DNA from: a virus | Length of the DNA stretch: 64,000 bases | Virus record (IMG/VR): IMGVR_UViG_3300034417_000014 | Coordinates: 25,847-89,846 of that record | Strand: one strand, 5' to 3' | Part shown: piece by piece, positions 48,287-57,446 of the stretch | Numbering within the stretch: the first letter of the stretch is position 1 | Layout of the letters: the number at the start of each line of letters is the position of its first letter | The notes under the pieces: generated by a model | What the model saw: only the letters and a program-made list of their open reading frames with translations | What the model was told of the DNA's origin: nothing | Databases searched by the model: none | Translations under genes and position numbers: made by a program

Positions 48287-49798
48287 ATGTTCACCAGAAA
48301 AGAAGGTTTCGAAGACCGGTTCAAGAAATTAAAAGCTACTGTAGGTGGCATCAAAGATAACGTCGAGGATAATATTGACGATGTCTCAGATGCCATTACT
48401 GACAAAATCGAAGATACACTCGACGACATTAAAGATGTTGTTTCCGATAAAATTGAAGACATCATTGAAGATAGAATCAGTGATGCTAAAGATGTTATCA
48501 GTGACAAAATCAAAGATAAAATCGAAGACATTCGCGATGTTATTGAAGACATAGAAGGCAAAATTAAGTTTATAATTGTTCGAGTCAAAAATAAATTAGA
48601 AGAATTAGAAGATAAAATCGAAGATGTGAAAGACACGTTAGAAGACGTTGCAGACACCATCGAAGATTTTAAAGATAGAATTGAAGACCGTCGTGAAGAA
48701 CGGAAAGAACGTCGCGAAGATCGACGTGATGAATTAAAACAGAAAGTCAAAATACTGTTTATTCTAAAAAGAAGAGGCGATTATGGCGACCATGAGTCGT
48801 ACAGCAAGCCAGGTGTTTCTTCTGGATTGTGGAATTCTGCTCGTCTTGTTTCAGAGATGCTAACTAAAAATGGTGTTGCTTCTAAAATGGTAGAAGTAGT
48901 TGACAACAACAGCATTGATAGAGAAGTGACCTTATACAAACCAACGCACGTCATTATCGAAGCACTATGGGTTGTACCTAGTAAATTCGACATTTTGTCT
49001 AAACGCCATCCGAAAGTTAAATGGATCATCCGCTTACATAGCGAAACCCCATTCATCGCCAATGAAGGTATGGCGTTCGAGTGGATTAGAGATTATGCAA
49101 AACACCCAAATGTCTTACTTTCGGCGAATGCTGACAGAATGTTAAAAGAAACTAGATTCCTTGTTGCAGAGCAGCGCGGATTAAATAAACAACAAGCGAA
49201 AGACAAAGTGGTATTTTTACCAAATTACTATCTTCCAGAAGATGATAACCCACGCCACGAAAATCCAGACAGTGACATAATTAATGTCGGTTGCTTTGGT
49301 GCAATACGACCGTTAAAAAATCACATGATTCAGGCTGTTGCTGCACTTATGTTTGCTAAAGAGCTTGATAAAAAATTGCACTTCCACATTAACATTGGAA
49401 GAAGTGAAATGAAGGGCACACCAATCCTTAAAAATCTTATCGGTATGTTTGATGGGTTAAAAGAACAAGGACATGTGTTACATTTACACCAATGGATGCC
49501 GCACAGTGAATTCTTAGAAGTAGTTAAAACTATGGACATTGGATTACAAGTATCCTTTACTGAAACGTTTAACATTGTTGCAGCAGACTTAGTTGCTTGC
49601 GGAATACCAACTGTAGTATCTAAAGAAATTAGTTGGATGTTCCCATATTATGCTGACCCTGTATGTTCAGATGACATTGCTAGGAAATTAAATGTTACTT
49701 GGCTCCTAAGAGAAAAATTGCCTTGTGCTAACAAAGTGTTGTTGAAAGACTATGCTGAAAATTCCGAGAAAATCTGGGTGAAATATTTTACTAGCTAA
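48287..49798 (+). CDS. GT-B (GT4-like) glycosyltransferase with an N-terminal acidic helical repeat extension
   Basis: GCFGAIRPLKN and SFTETFNIVAAD...GIPTVVS; first ~150 aa are D/E/K repeats. Confidence 0.8.
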   Translation: MFTRKEGFEDRFKKLKATVGGIKDNVEDNIDDVSDAITDKIEDTLDDIKDVVSDKIEDIIEDRISDAKDVISDKIKDKIEDIRDVIEDIEGKIKFIIVRVKNKLEELEDKIEDVKDTLEDVADTIEDFKDRIEDRREERKERREDRRDELKQKVKILFILKRRGDYGDHESYSKPGVSSGLWNSARLVSEMLTKNGVASKMVEVVDNNSIDREVTLYKPTHVIIEALWVVPSKFDILSKRHPKVKWIIRLHSETPFIANEGMAFEWIRDYAKHPNVLLSANADRMLKETRFLVAEQRGLNKQQAKDKVVFLPNYYLPEDDNPRHENPDSDIINVGCFGAIRPLKNHMIQAVAALMFAKELDKKLHFHINIGRSEMKGTPILKNLIGMFDGLKEQGHVLHLHQWMPHSEFLEVVKTMDIGLQVSFTETFNIVAADLVACGIPTVVSKEISWMFPYYADPVCSDDIARKLNVTWLLREKLPCANKVLLKDYAENSEKIWVKYFTS

Positions 49799-49806
49799 AT
49801 ATCACT

Positions 49807-50220
49807 ATGGACACAGGACATTGGATTTGCAAGTTTGAATTAGACCCCTCGAAGTTTGAGGGGTTTGTTTATAGTATCACTCATACTGAAACTGGAAAGT
49901 TTTATATTGGCCAGAAGAGGTTTAATAGCACTAGACGAAAGAAAGTAAAGTGTAAAGGTGATCCAACTAAAAAGAAAACCTCAGTGATAAAAACAGAAAG
50001 TAACTGGAAAGAATACACAGGCTCTTCTGAAGAACTTAACGGCGATATTTTAAAACTCGGTAAAGATAAGTTCACTTTTGAAATCATTAGTCAGCATAAA
50101 ATGCGAGGCGAAACAAATCGCGCCGAAGCACTGCTACAGCTAAAATTATGTTTAACTGAAGACATTACTATCCACGACGATACTTACAACAAACAGATAC
50201 TGCTCCGCATCAGAAAATAA
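49807..50220 (+). CDS. GIY-YIG family endonuclease
   Basis: GFVYSIT...GKFYIGQK, Y.GSS, FTFEII, conserved E and YN. Confidence 0.85.
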   Translation: MDTGHWICKFELDPSKFEGFVYSITHTETGKFYIGQKRFNSTRRKKVKCKGDPTKKKTSVIKTESNWKEYTGSSEELNGDILKLGKDKFTFEIISQHKMRGETNRAEALLQLKLCLTEDITIHDDTYNKQILLRIRK

Positions 50221-50227
50221 AGTCAAG

Positions 50228-50255
50228 AAAAAAGGCGCCTGATGTGCGCCTTTTT
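50228..50255. terminator. bidirectional intrinsic terminator
   Basis: aaaaaaggcgc-ctgatgt-gcgccttttt. Confidence 0.8.
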
Positions 50256-50434
50256 AGATTAAAACCTTATCACATACTCCGGGAAGTAGCATCAGCCTAC
50301 TTTGGATTTCGAGGAGGGAGAGTCCGCAACTTGTTTTAACAATAATATTTATCAATGTAGTTAATTACCATATTGAAATATTGGTTGAAACCATTTTTTA
50401 CAGATATATTAAAAAGAGCTTGATAAATAGAATG

Positions 50435-51345
50435 CAGGCTGTTATAATAGCTGTTAATAAGTTACATCATATATGGATTTCACAATAATAATAAAAAAGA
50501 AACTACGGGATAACTCTACTGTAGGGACGTATAAGGCACAGAGTATCGGATTTCAAACTATTAATTTCCCCCTCATAAAAAACTTAAAATAAACTTAAAA
50601 TAAAATACAAGCGACCGAAGGCTAAAGAAATAAGGGATTTATACCCGGCTATTGTTAGTAGAAACTAACCCCATTGCACACAGCAATTTACCAATTGCAT
50701 GATGTTCTTGAAGTTGATCTTGGGTGTCGCAGAAAAACATGTAATAATTTAGCACTTTATTACCATGTAATGTTTTTCGAAATGTTTCAGAGCAAGTGCT
50801 CATTTGTTAATCGTGGTAGCACCTACTACCTAGTGCCTGACAGTTTATGTCCTGGGCGCGCAGATAATAACAACAGAATATAGGGATGCTTGTACTAGCG
50901 AGATACTGCTAGAGACTCCTATTAGTAAGTACGTTATAACAATGGTTGTGTCTGAGACGAAAAGATCCTGCTCTGCTGGAAAAAGAATTGGTTAATTAAG
51001 CCTTTTAGCAACAGGAACTTTTAGCAGGATAACCAACGGTTCTGCTGAAAGCTGCAACACTGGAAAGCGTTTTAGGACGTTAGTACACGATAAGTTAATG
51101 GGAAGATGGTGTTCGCCCAGAGCTGTAAGGCTTCACTCGTTTGGTCGCGTGGTACTATACTGAATCAAGTTCAGTTTTTCCTATGACTTTCGCCCCTCGG
51201 GGGCGAAATATCACATGTCCTACCTTAATCAAGTATAACCTTTAAACAAATAATAATTAATCAGTAAATAAAACAAACACTATATGTAACGAGCGACTAA
51301 GCGAAGTTAAAGTATAGTGTTTGTAGTTGAGCGTAGCGAGACTTG
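50435..51345 (+). ncRNA. candidate large structured non-coding RNA or origin-primer transcript
   Basis: No credible ORF; late promoter at 50422; many stems, including long-range 50611-50619/51140-51148; G-U pairs favour the plus strand. Confidence 0.5.
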
Positions 51346-51350
51346 AAGTG

Positions 51351-51821
51351 TTAAACTTTATGATTATATAATTTAACTAATTTCTTATGCCATAATAAGT
51401 TGGATCTGTATGGGCATAATGATTCTAAATGAGCTGTTATAGAAATAATGTTTTTTCCATAATTTGTAAAATTCAAAATGCCAGTGTATTTCTTAAAATG
51501 TATTTGTATAAATGCTAATATTCTAAGTTCTGAATTGCCATCAATTTCCTCTTTAATCCCTTGAGAGTCATGTTGACTTATCCATTTCACTTCTCCTTTA
51601 GCTAACATCACACATGTTTTTATTATGTCTATTGGGAGTTCTTCTATGAACACTGCGCCTGGGTCGTCGCCGATACTTATTGCAGGTAATTTAGTTCTGA
51701 ATTCGCCAGTTAAAAACGGGCTCCATGGAATTTGCTGCGAACTTAATATAAAGCCCGTGTTGAAAATCCAATTGTATTTTATTGGTGTTTCTACTACTGA
51801 TGTTGGTATCAAATTATCCAT
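51351..51821 (-). CDS. hypothetical protein
   Basis: 156 aa ORF coupled to the upstream gene. Confidence 0.7.
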   Translation of the reverse strand: MDNLIPTSVVETPIKYNWIFNTGFILSSQQIPWSPFLTGEFRTKLPAISIGDDPGAVFIEELPIDIIKTCVMLAKGEVKWISQHDSQGIKEEIDGNSELRILAFIQIHFKKYTGILNFTNYGKNIISITAHLESLCPYRSNLLWHKKLVKLYNHKV

Positions 51822-51822
51822 T

Positions 51823-52041
51823 TTACATATACTCTGTTTTGTCGCCTGACTCTTCTTTGTTTTTCTTATTGATTGCGTTGATGATACGTTCTCGCTGATG
51901 AAAGCTCAACGACCAAGCAGTATCAAAGGAAACTGCTCCAGCTGAATATATAGCAATGTCAGTAATTTGCTGTTCTAAGGCTGAAGTTTCCGTTTTAAAT
52001 CTTTCCAATAAATTCCTAATTTCTTCAGGTGTGGCTAACAT
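51823..52041 (-). CDS. baseplate hub / tail assembly protein (gp51-like)
   Basis: AWSLSFHQRE (W.L...ER motif); TAATG overlap with the gp26-like gene. Confidence 0.7.
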   Translation of the reverse strand: MLATPEEIRNLLERFKTETSALEQQITDIAIYSAGAVSFDTAWSLSFHQRERIINAINKKNKEESGDKTEYM

Positions 52042-52886
52042 TAGGAATTTGTGAAAAAATTTACAGGATTGTAATCAATAGGAAGATCCCATTTATTCTC
52101 GCATTTTTGGCACTCTGCTTCAATTGTGCTTTGTACACCGATTTCATTAATAACTTTTAGTAGTTTTTCTACTTCTTCAACTGTCTGAGAATCGATGTTT
52201 TCTAAAAACTCTGCAATATGTTTCTTTTCGGTAACAACCATCTCGCCGTTGTCCCCAACAATTTTGATTATTGCATTAACAATCAGCTCGTAGTTAAGTG
52301 TTGCGATTTCGTTAAATGCTTTGCCATATGCTGAGAATTTTTGGATGTCGTCAAGGGCATTGCTTTCTAACACTTTCATAATTTTTGCTTGTTCGAAACT
52401 TCTGAGTGTTGCTTTAATGAAGTCAACATACTCGAATGGCTTCACAAAGATGCTTAGTCCATTGTCTAAATTAACAACATAATCTGCGTCTAGCTTGCCA
52501 ATGTTTGCGCTGATGTAACTTAAATCTAGTGCATATGTATTTTTCTCTCCGCAAGCGGGGCAGTTACACTCTGTGGAAAATTCTTCACCGAAACTTGCAA
52601 GTCGCACAGCAACTACAATTGCATTGATGTCGTTAATCAACAGCTTCTTAGGGTTTTTAATAGTTGGGCAACAGCTTTTAATAACAGATGAAAGTGCCTC
52701 GCCGTTCAACAATGCGTCTGGATTTTTGAATATCATCTCATCTTTGCTTGTCATGGGCATGATCGGAATTTCGCCATTTACTGTAAACTCTACAGATTCT
52801 GGTGTGTAGTATGTTATACCGGAAGGCAAATTAATGTAATTTTTGACTTGTCTGTAATAGCCTTGTAGTGGGTTGTTTGTTGTCAT
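52041..52886 (-). CDS. baseplate hub assembly protein (T4 gp26-like)
   Basis: NPL..YYRQ...YI.LPS, PMT.KDE, PDALLNG, two CxxC motifs, ends NFF. Confidence 0.85.
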   Translation of the reverse strand: MTTNNPLQGYYRQVKNYINLPSGITYYTPESVEFTVNGEIPIMPMTSKDEMIFKNPDALLNGEALSSVIKSCCPTIKNPKKLLINDINAIVVAVRLASFGEEFSTECNCPACGEKNTYALDLSYISANIGKLDADYVVNLDNGLSIFVKPFEYVDFIKATLRSFEQAKIMKVLESNALDDIQKFSAYGKAFNEIATLNYELIVNAIIKIVGDNGEMVVTEKKHIAEFLENIDSQTVEEVEKLLKVINEIGVQSTIEAECQKCENKWDLPIDYNPVNFFTNS

Positions 52887-52961
52887 AGTTTTCTTCCTGA
52901 TTTATCAGATAAATAGCATTTATACAATATTTATCTTTAGATAATTAACTGGGATTTTTAA

Positions 52962-55379
52962 ATGGCTGATGACGTAAGAATTGCTGAGGTTGCCTTTAAC
53001 GGATCGGATTTACCCAAGTGGTCAACCGAAAAAACGTTACAGGAATTACTTAAACAGATTGAAAAGACGTATGACTTAGAGAAGTCTCAGCTAACTCAGA
53101 TTAATAATTCACTAAGTGCAATTGCATCCTCAACAAGTGCGTCACATGACAAGCTAGATGACGTGTCTAAAGAACTTAACAAGTCACACAAATATCGAGT
53201 AGACGAAGATAAGAAGGATAAAAAAGATCGAAAAGCTGAAAGTGACGGCTTACGAGCTGCAATTGAAGAGCAAAGTAAAAGCAAAGTTTCTAGCGCACTC
53301 AACAAAACTGCTGATTTTGGCACAAAGCTAGGGCTTAATACTAGTTCACTTTCTAAATTAGCAGCAGGTTTCGAATCCGTAACATCGGCAGCATTCATGG
53401 TAGGTGGCGCATTACTTTCCTTTGCTGGTTGGGTTGTAGGTAGTTTGTGGGATGCAGGCAAGAAGATTATCACTTCATATTTAGAACTGTATAAATCTGG
53501 ACTAGCATTGGGAAATAACATGAATGGTGTTGCCAATGGTATGACAGCGTTTACTCAAGCTGCGATAAATGGCAGCGTTACAATTGCTGATTTGACAGAT
53601 TTAACTAAGCGATTTGGTGTGTCTATCAGATCAATGGGTATAGAAAACTTTGGCGCTGCAATTAATGACACTTTTGAATTTGTAAACGGTGGGTTGAATC
53701 AACTAGGTCTTACATCAAGGGAAGCTGGTTTAGAAATTGCAACACAAGCAGATAGAACTCGTCAGTTTGGTGTAATGCTAGACGTTCGCAACAAAAAAGA
53801 CTTGGATATGTTAAACAAATCTATTGTTGCTACAACTAATTTTGCTAGATCCATGGGCATGGCGACTGAGGAATTAGAGAATGCCGCCGACACAGCATTT
53901 GGTGCAGCGTCAATAAGAAACTCTTTAGAATCATTAGGTGAGGGACTTAGACAAAACGCAGTCTTAGCTCTTACTCCGGTATTAGGTGTTCTGCAAAGCC
54001 AAGCACCGACCATGATGTCTGCGTTTGGTGACATATTACAAGCAATGTCTGCAGGAGCAAGTGCCCTGCAATTCCAAAATAAAGGCATTGTGATGCTTAC
54101 TGTTGCCGCAGGCCAAGCAGGTTCACAACTTGCAGATTCATTGCGTAACATGGCGCAACAAACTATGGATGGTCTTGATCCGAAAGATATTCAAGACAAC
54201 TTCGATAAGAGTTTAAAAGGCATTGATTTTAACAGTGACGAGTTTAAAAGTTATCAACAAAGATTGTCTCTGATGGCACAAAAGGGAGACCAAGGCGCAA
54301 CACAAGCATTGCAAATGATTAATCAAGCAAGGGATATAGAAAGAAAACGCCTGGCTAATCAAGAAGCACTGAGTAAAGGAACAGGTGCTTCGCCACAAGC
54401 TGTTGCCGCAGCAAGATTAGACAAAACAATGAACAACTTTAGTAACATTTGGACCTCGATTATTCAAGGAATATTAGGCAACGACACGTTGTGGAATACA
54501 TTTAATATGGTGGCGGAAAAACTTAACAAGTTTTTCGATGCAGAAAAAATAACTAAGATAGGAAATGCGTTTGCTATCTTAGTTGATAAAGCTGCCCCGT
54601 ACATTGAGAAGTTTGCAAACTGGATTATTAGTCTCGCTGAAGGCAATTTTGACATTAGTATGGATAACATATTAGGTAGTATAGGCACTGGCTTGATGCG
54701 GATGGCAGGTAATTTCCTTGACTGGATTGGCAAGTTTACATTTGGTCCTTTCGGCGCAATCGTCGGCGCACTTAGTGGGTTCTTCCTAGCAATGTCAGAT
54801 GATACACTGTCCGCAGGCGACACAATGTTACTGATGTTAGGCAAAGCATTAACTGGATTAATTGGCTTGCCCATGACTCTGTTGGATGCTCTTTACACTG
54901 GCTTTTATAATTTAGTTGATGAAGTTGTTAACGGTATTTTTGGACCTGGCACAATAGATACAAAAGGTATGTACGAAAAAATTAAGAGTGTGATGCAAGA
55001 TTGGATATTAAGTTTATTGCCGCCAGGCGTCGCGAAATATTTTAAATCTGGATCAACAGAAACAAAATCTGGAACTGAAAAAGGTAAGGCTGATGAAGCT
55101 GCTGTTAATGCTAGTAACGTTCCAGTGGAAAGTAAATCTAATACAGCAACAGTAACTACAAAAAGTGACTATAAAAAGCAACAAGATGAACAGATTAAGA
55201 AGTCGGCACCACAAACTGATGCCATGGCGAAGGATTCTCAGATAAATACAGTATCACTAAAAGACTTGGTAGAATTGCTGTCTGATTTATTAGATCAGAA
55301 TGCTGCATACTCTCAGGGACAAATAGAAGAACTTGAAAAATTAAATCGCGGCATTAGTATTATCGCGAGCAAGGATTAA
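52962..55379 (+). CDS. tail tape measure protein
   Basis: 805 aa, Ala/Gly-rich helical protein with hydrophobic segments; WSTEKTL..LL start; between gp26 and portal. Confidence 0.75.
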   Translation: MADDVRIAEVAFNGSDLPKWSTEKTLQELLKQIEKTYDLEKSQLTQINNSLSAIASSTSASHDKLDDVSKELNKSHKYRVDEDKKDKKDRKAESDGLRAAIEEQSKSKVSSALNKTADFGTKLGLNTSSLSKLAAGFESVTSAAFMVGGALLSFAGWVVGSLWDAGKKIITSYLELYKSGLALGNNMNGVANGMTAFTQAAINGSVTIADLTDLTKRFGVSIRSMGIENFGAAINDTFEFVNGGLNQLGLTSREAGLEIATQADRTRQFGVMLDVRNKKDLDMLNKSIVATTNFARSMGMATEELENAADTAFGAASIRNSLESLGEGLRQNAVLALTPVLGVLQSQAPTMMSAFGDILQAMSAGASALQFQNKGIVMLTVAAGQAGSQLADSLRNMAQQTMDGLDPKDIQDNFDKSLKGIDFNSDEFKSYQQRLSLMAQKGDQGATQALQMINQARDIERKRLANQEALSKGTGASPQAVAAARLDKTMNNFSNIWTSIIQGILGNDTLWNTFNMVAEKLNKFFDAEKITKIGNAFAILVDKAAPYIEKFANWIISLAEGNFDISMDNILGSIGTGLMRMAGNFLDWIGKFTFGPFGAIVGALSGFFLAMSDDTLSAGDTMLLMLGKALTGLIGLPMTLLDALYTGFYNLVDEVVNGIFGPGTIDTKGMYEKIKSVMQDWILSLLPPGVAKYFKSGSTETKSGTEKGKADEAAVNASNVPVESKSNTATVTTKSDYKKQQDEQIKKSAPQTDAMAKDSQINTVSLKDLVELLSDLLDQNAAYSQGQIEELEKLNRGISIIASKD

Positions 55380-55383
55380 ACGC

Positions 55384-57093
55384 ATGTCTTGGAAAAGGTA
55401 TTTCAAACCCGTCAATTCTGTTATGCCTGCACAAATGGGCTCGAACGGAACACCTATGTCTTCAGTATCTAAGTACAACACTTGGTTGCCTGAAATTTAT
55501 ATGGGTCCGCCCGATCGTTTGCAGCGTTATGTGCAATATGAGCAAATGGATATGGACCACGAAATTGCCGGAGCATTAAATATTATTGCGCAATTTTGTA
55601 CACAACCGAACGAAAGTATTGGTAATATTCCTTTCCAGTTTAATTTCCAAGATACTCCTAGCCCAACTGAAAGTAAATTACTAGACAGAGCACTTAAACA
55701 GTGGTGTGCTATTAATGAATTTAACAATCGTTTGTTTAAAATATTTAGATCCACACTTATGTATGGTGATCAATTCTTTATTAGAGACCCAGATACATAC
55801 AAACTGTATTGGGTTGATCCTAATAAAGTTGAGAAAATTATTGTAAATGAAAGCCAAGGAAAAGAAGTAGAGACATACTTTATTAAAGATATTGACTTCA
55901 ATATCCAGACTTTAGTTGCATCTAATCAGTCGAATAAGACAGCTTCTGGCTTTATAAACACTGCCAACTTTAGTGCTCCTTATTTTAGTCAGCAAACTTC
56001 TGCTGGTTCAGGACAGTCGTCTAATTCTTCTTATTCGTCGCAAGGCGGCGCAAATAACACATCTGCGCCAATTGATGCTTCATATGTTGTGCATATTAGT
56101 ATGACAGAAGGACTTGATAGTGCTTGGCCATTCGGAATTAGTATTTTAGAAACAATATTTAAAGTGTTTAAACAGAAGACTATGCTTGAAGATGCGCTAT
56201 TAATTTATCGCATACATAGAGCCCCAGAACGCCGCGTATTCTTTATTGATACGGGTAACTTGCCGCCAAACAAAGCGTTACAATATCTTGAGCGTGTTAA
56301 GTATGACGTGCAGCAAAAGCGTATCCCTAATAGAACTGGTGGCGGACAAAATGTTGTAGATGCAGCATACAATCCGCTTTCAACTTTAGAAGATTACTTC
56401 TTTGCTGTCGGGGCAGATGGCCGCGGATCTAAAGTTGACACATTGCCAGGCGGTGAAAACCTTGGCGAAATTAACGATATGTTGTACTTCAACAATAAGA
56501 TGCTTAGAGCGTTAGGCGTTCCTAGTTCTTATTTGCCAACTGGACCATCAGATGGCACTGCTTCCTCTAGCGATGGTAGAGTTGGATCAGCGTTAATTCA
56601 AGAGTTTACATTCTCAGAAACTTGCAAAAGACATCAACGTCAGATTATTAGAACTTTTGATCGGGAATTTAAACTGTTCCTGAAACACAAAGGCATTACT
56701 ATCGACAACTCAATGTTTGATCTTGCATTTACTCCTCCACAAAACTTTGCTAGATATAGACAGATTGAACTTGATGCAGCACAAGCAAGCGTGTTTGCAA
56801 CTATGCAAGAAGTTAAATATGTCAGCAAGCGTTTTGCATTAAAGCGGTACTTGGGCTGGACAGATGAAGAAATGCACGAGAACGAAAGACTTTGGGCAGA
56901 AGAAAATCAAGGTAAGAAGAAAAATAACGGCCCTGGTGCTGATGGCACTGGTGCACCTGGGTTAGGACAAGTTGGTATATCATCGTCAGACATGGCTCCA
57001 GAAGAAGGGGAAATGGACTTAGGGGACGAGGGTATGGATGATATGGGCAGCGAAGTTTCCGATACTGACGTAGAAAACTTCGGCGAAGAATAA
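55384..57093 (+). CDS. gp20: portal protein (T4 gp20-like)
   Basis: LEDALLIYRIHRAPERRVFFIDTGNLP, LEDYFF and VDTLPGG. Confidence 0.97.
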   Translation: MSWKRYFKPVNSVMPAQMGSNGTPMSSVSKYNTWLPEIYMGPPDRLQRYVQYEQMDMDHEIAGALNIIAQFCTQPNESIGNIPFQFNFQDTPSPTESKLLDRALKQWCAINEFNNRLFKIFRSTLMYGDQFFIRDPDTYKLYWVDPNKVEKIIVNESQGKEVETYFIKDIDFNIQTLVASNQSNKTASGFINTANFSAPYFSQQTSAGSGQSSNSSYSSQGGANNTSAPIDASYVVHISMTEGLDSAWPFGISILETIFKVFKQKTMLEDALLIYRIHRAPERRVFFIDTGNLPPNKALQYLERVKYDVQQKRIPNRTGGGQNVVDAAYNPLSTLEDYFFAVGADGRGSKVDTLPGGENLGEINDMLYFNNKMLRALGVPSSYLPTGPSDGTASSSDGRVGSALIQEFTFSETCKRHQRQIIRTFDREFKLFLKHKGITIDNSMFDLAFTPPQNFARYRQIELDAAQASVFATMQEVKYVSKRFALKRYLGWTDEEMHENERLWAEENQGKKKNNGPGADGTGAPGLGQVGISSSDMAPEEGEMDLGDEGMDDMGSEVSDTDVENFGEE

Positions 57094-57123
57094 CATAAAT
57101 AGTAAGTAGCAATTGGAGATACA

Positions 57124-57339
57124 TTGAAAGCTAAAGAATTAATACTGCGAGAATTTTATTCCCCTGAAGAGGATGAACTATCAAAGGCACACTTCTCCGA
57201 CATTAAACGTCCCAAACTGACGTTAAAGCACTTACACAGTTTGCGGAAAATGAGAGAAGTAAAAGATGTGGACGACCAAGAACATTTAGAGTTAGTCCAA
57301 AAGATTTATGCGCCTGCTGAAGAAGATTCCGGCTTATAA
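57124..57339 (+). CDS. small head-assembly region protein
   Basis: Late promoter; GGAG RBS with TTG start; RPKLTL..L..LRKMRE motif. Confidence 0.75.
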   Translation: MKAKELILREFYSPEEDELSKAHFSDIKRPKLTLKHLHSLRKMREVKDVDDQEHLELVQKIYAPAEEDSGL

Positions 57340-57446
57340 ATAAAAATACGTCTTTTTGGCGTATTTCCACACCTGTTTATTATATATAAACATAAATACC
57401 GTATGACAAAAGTTAACACTATACTTTTAAAAGGAGATTTCTAAAA

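Noticed and set aside
50311-50652. RNase P RNA (GGGAGAGTCCG ... ACCCGGCTA resemble the P4 strands)
   Set aside because: Matches to GAGGAAAGUCC and ACAnAAnnCGGCUUA are only partial, and the intervening DNA is AT-rich and contains two promoters
50674-50883. 69 aa ORF inside the non-coding region
   Set aside because: TTG start without an RBS and atypical composition; overlaps predicted stems
50900-51160. Group I/II intron or hammerhead ribozyme (TCTGAGACGA resembles the group I R element; CTGAGA...CGAAA; GAGCTGTA)
   Set aside because: No convincing S element, domain V or hammerhead stem II, and no interrupted gene flanks the region; a covariance-model search would be needed to exclude it fully
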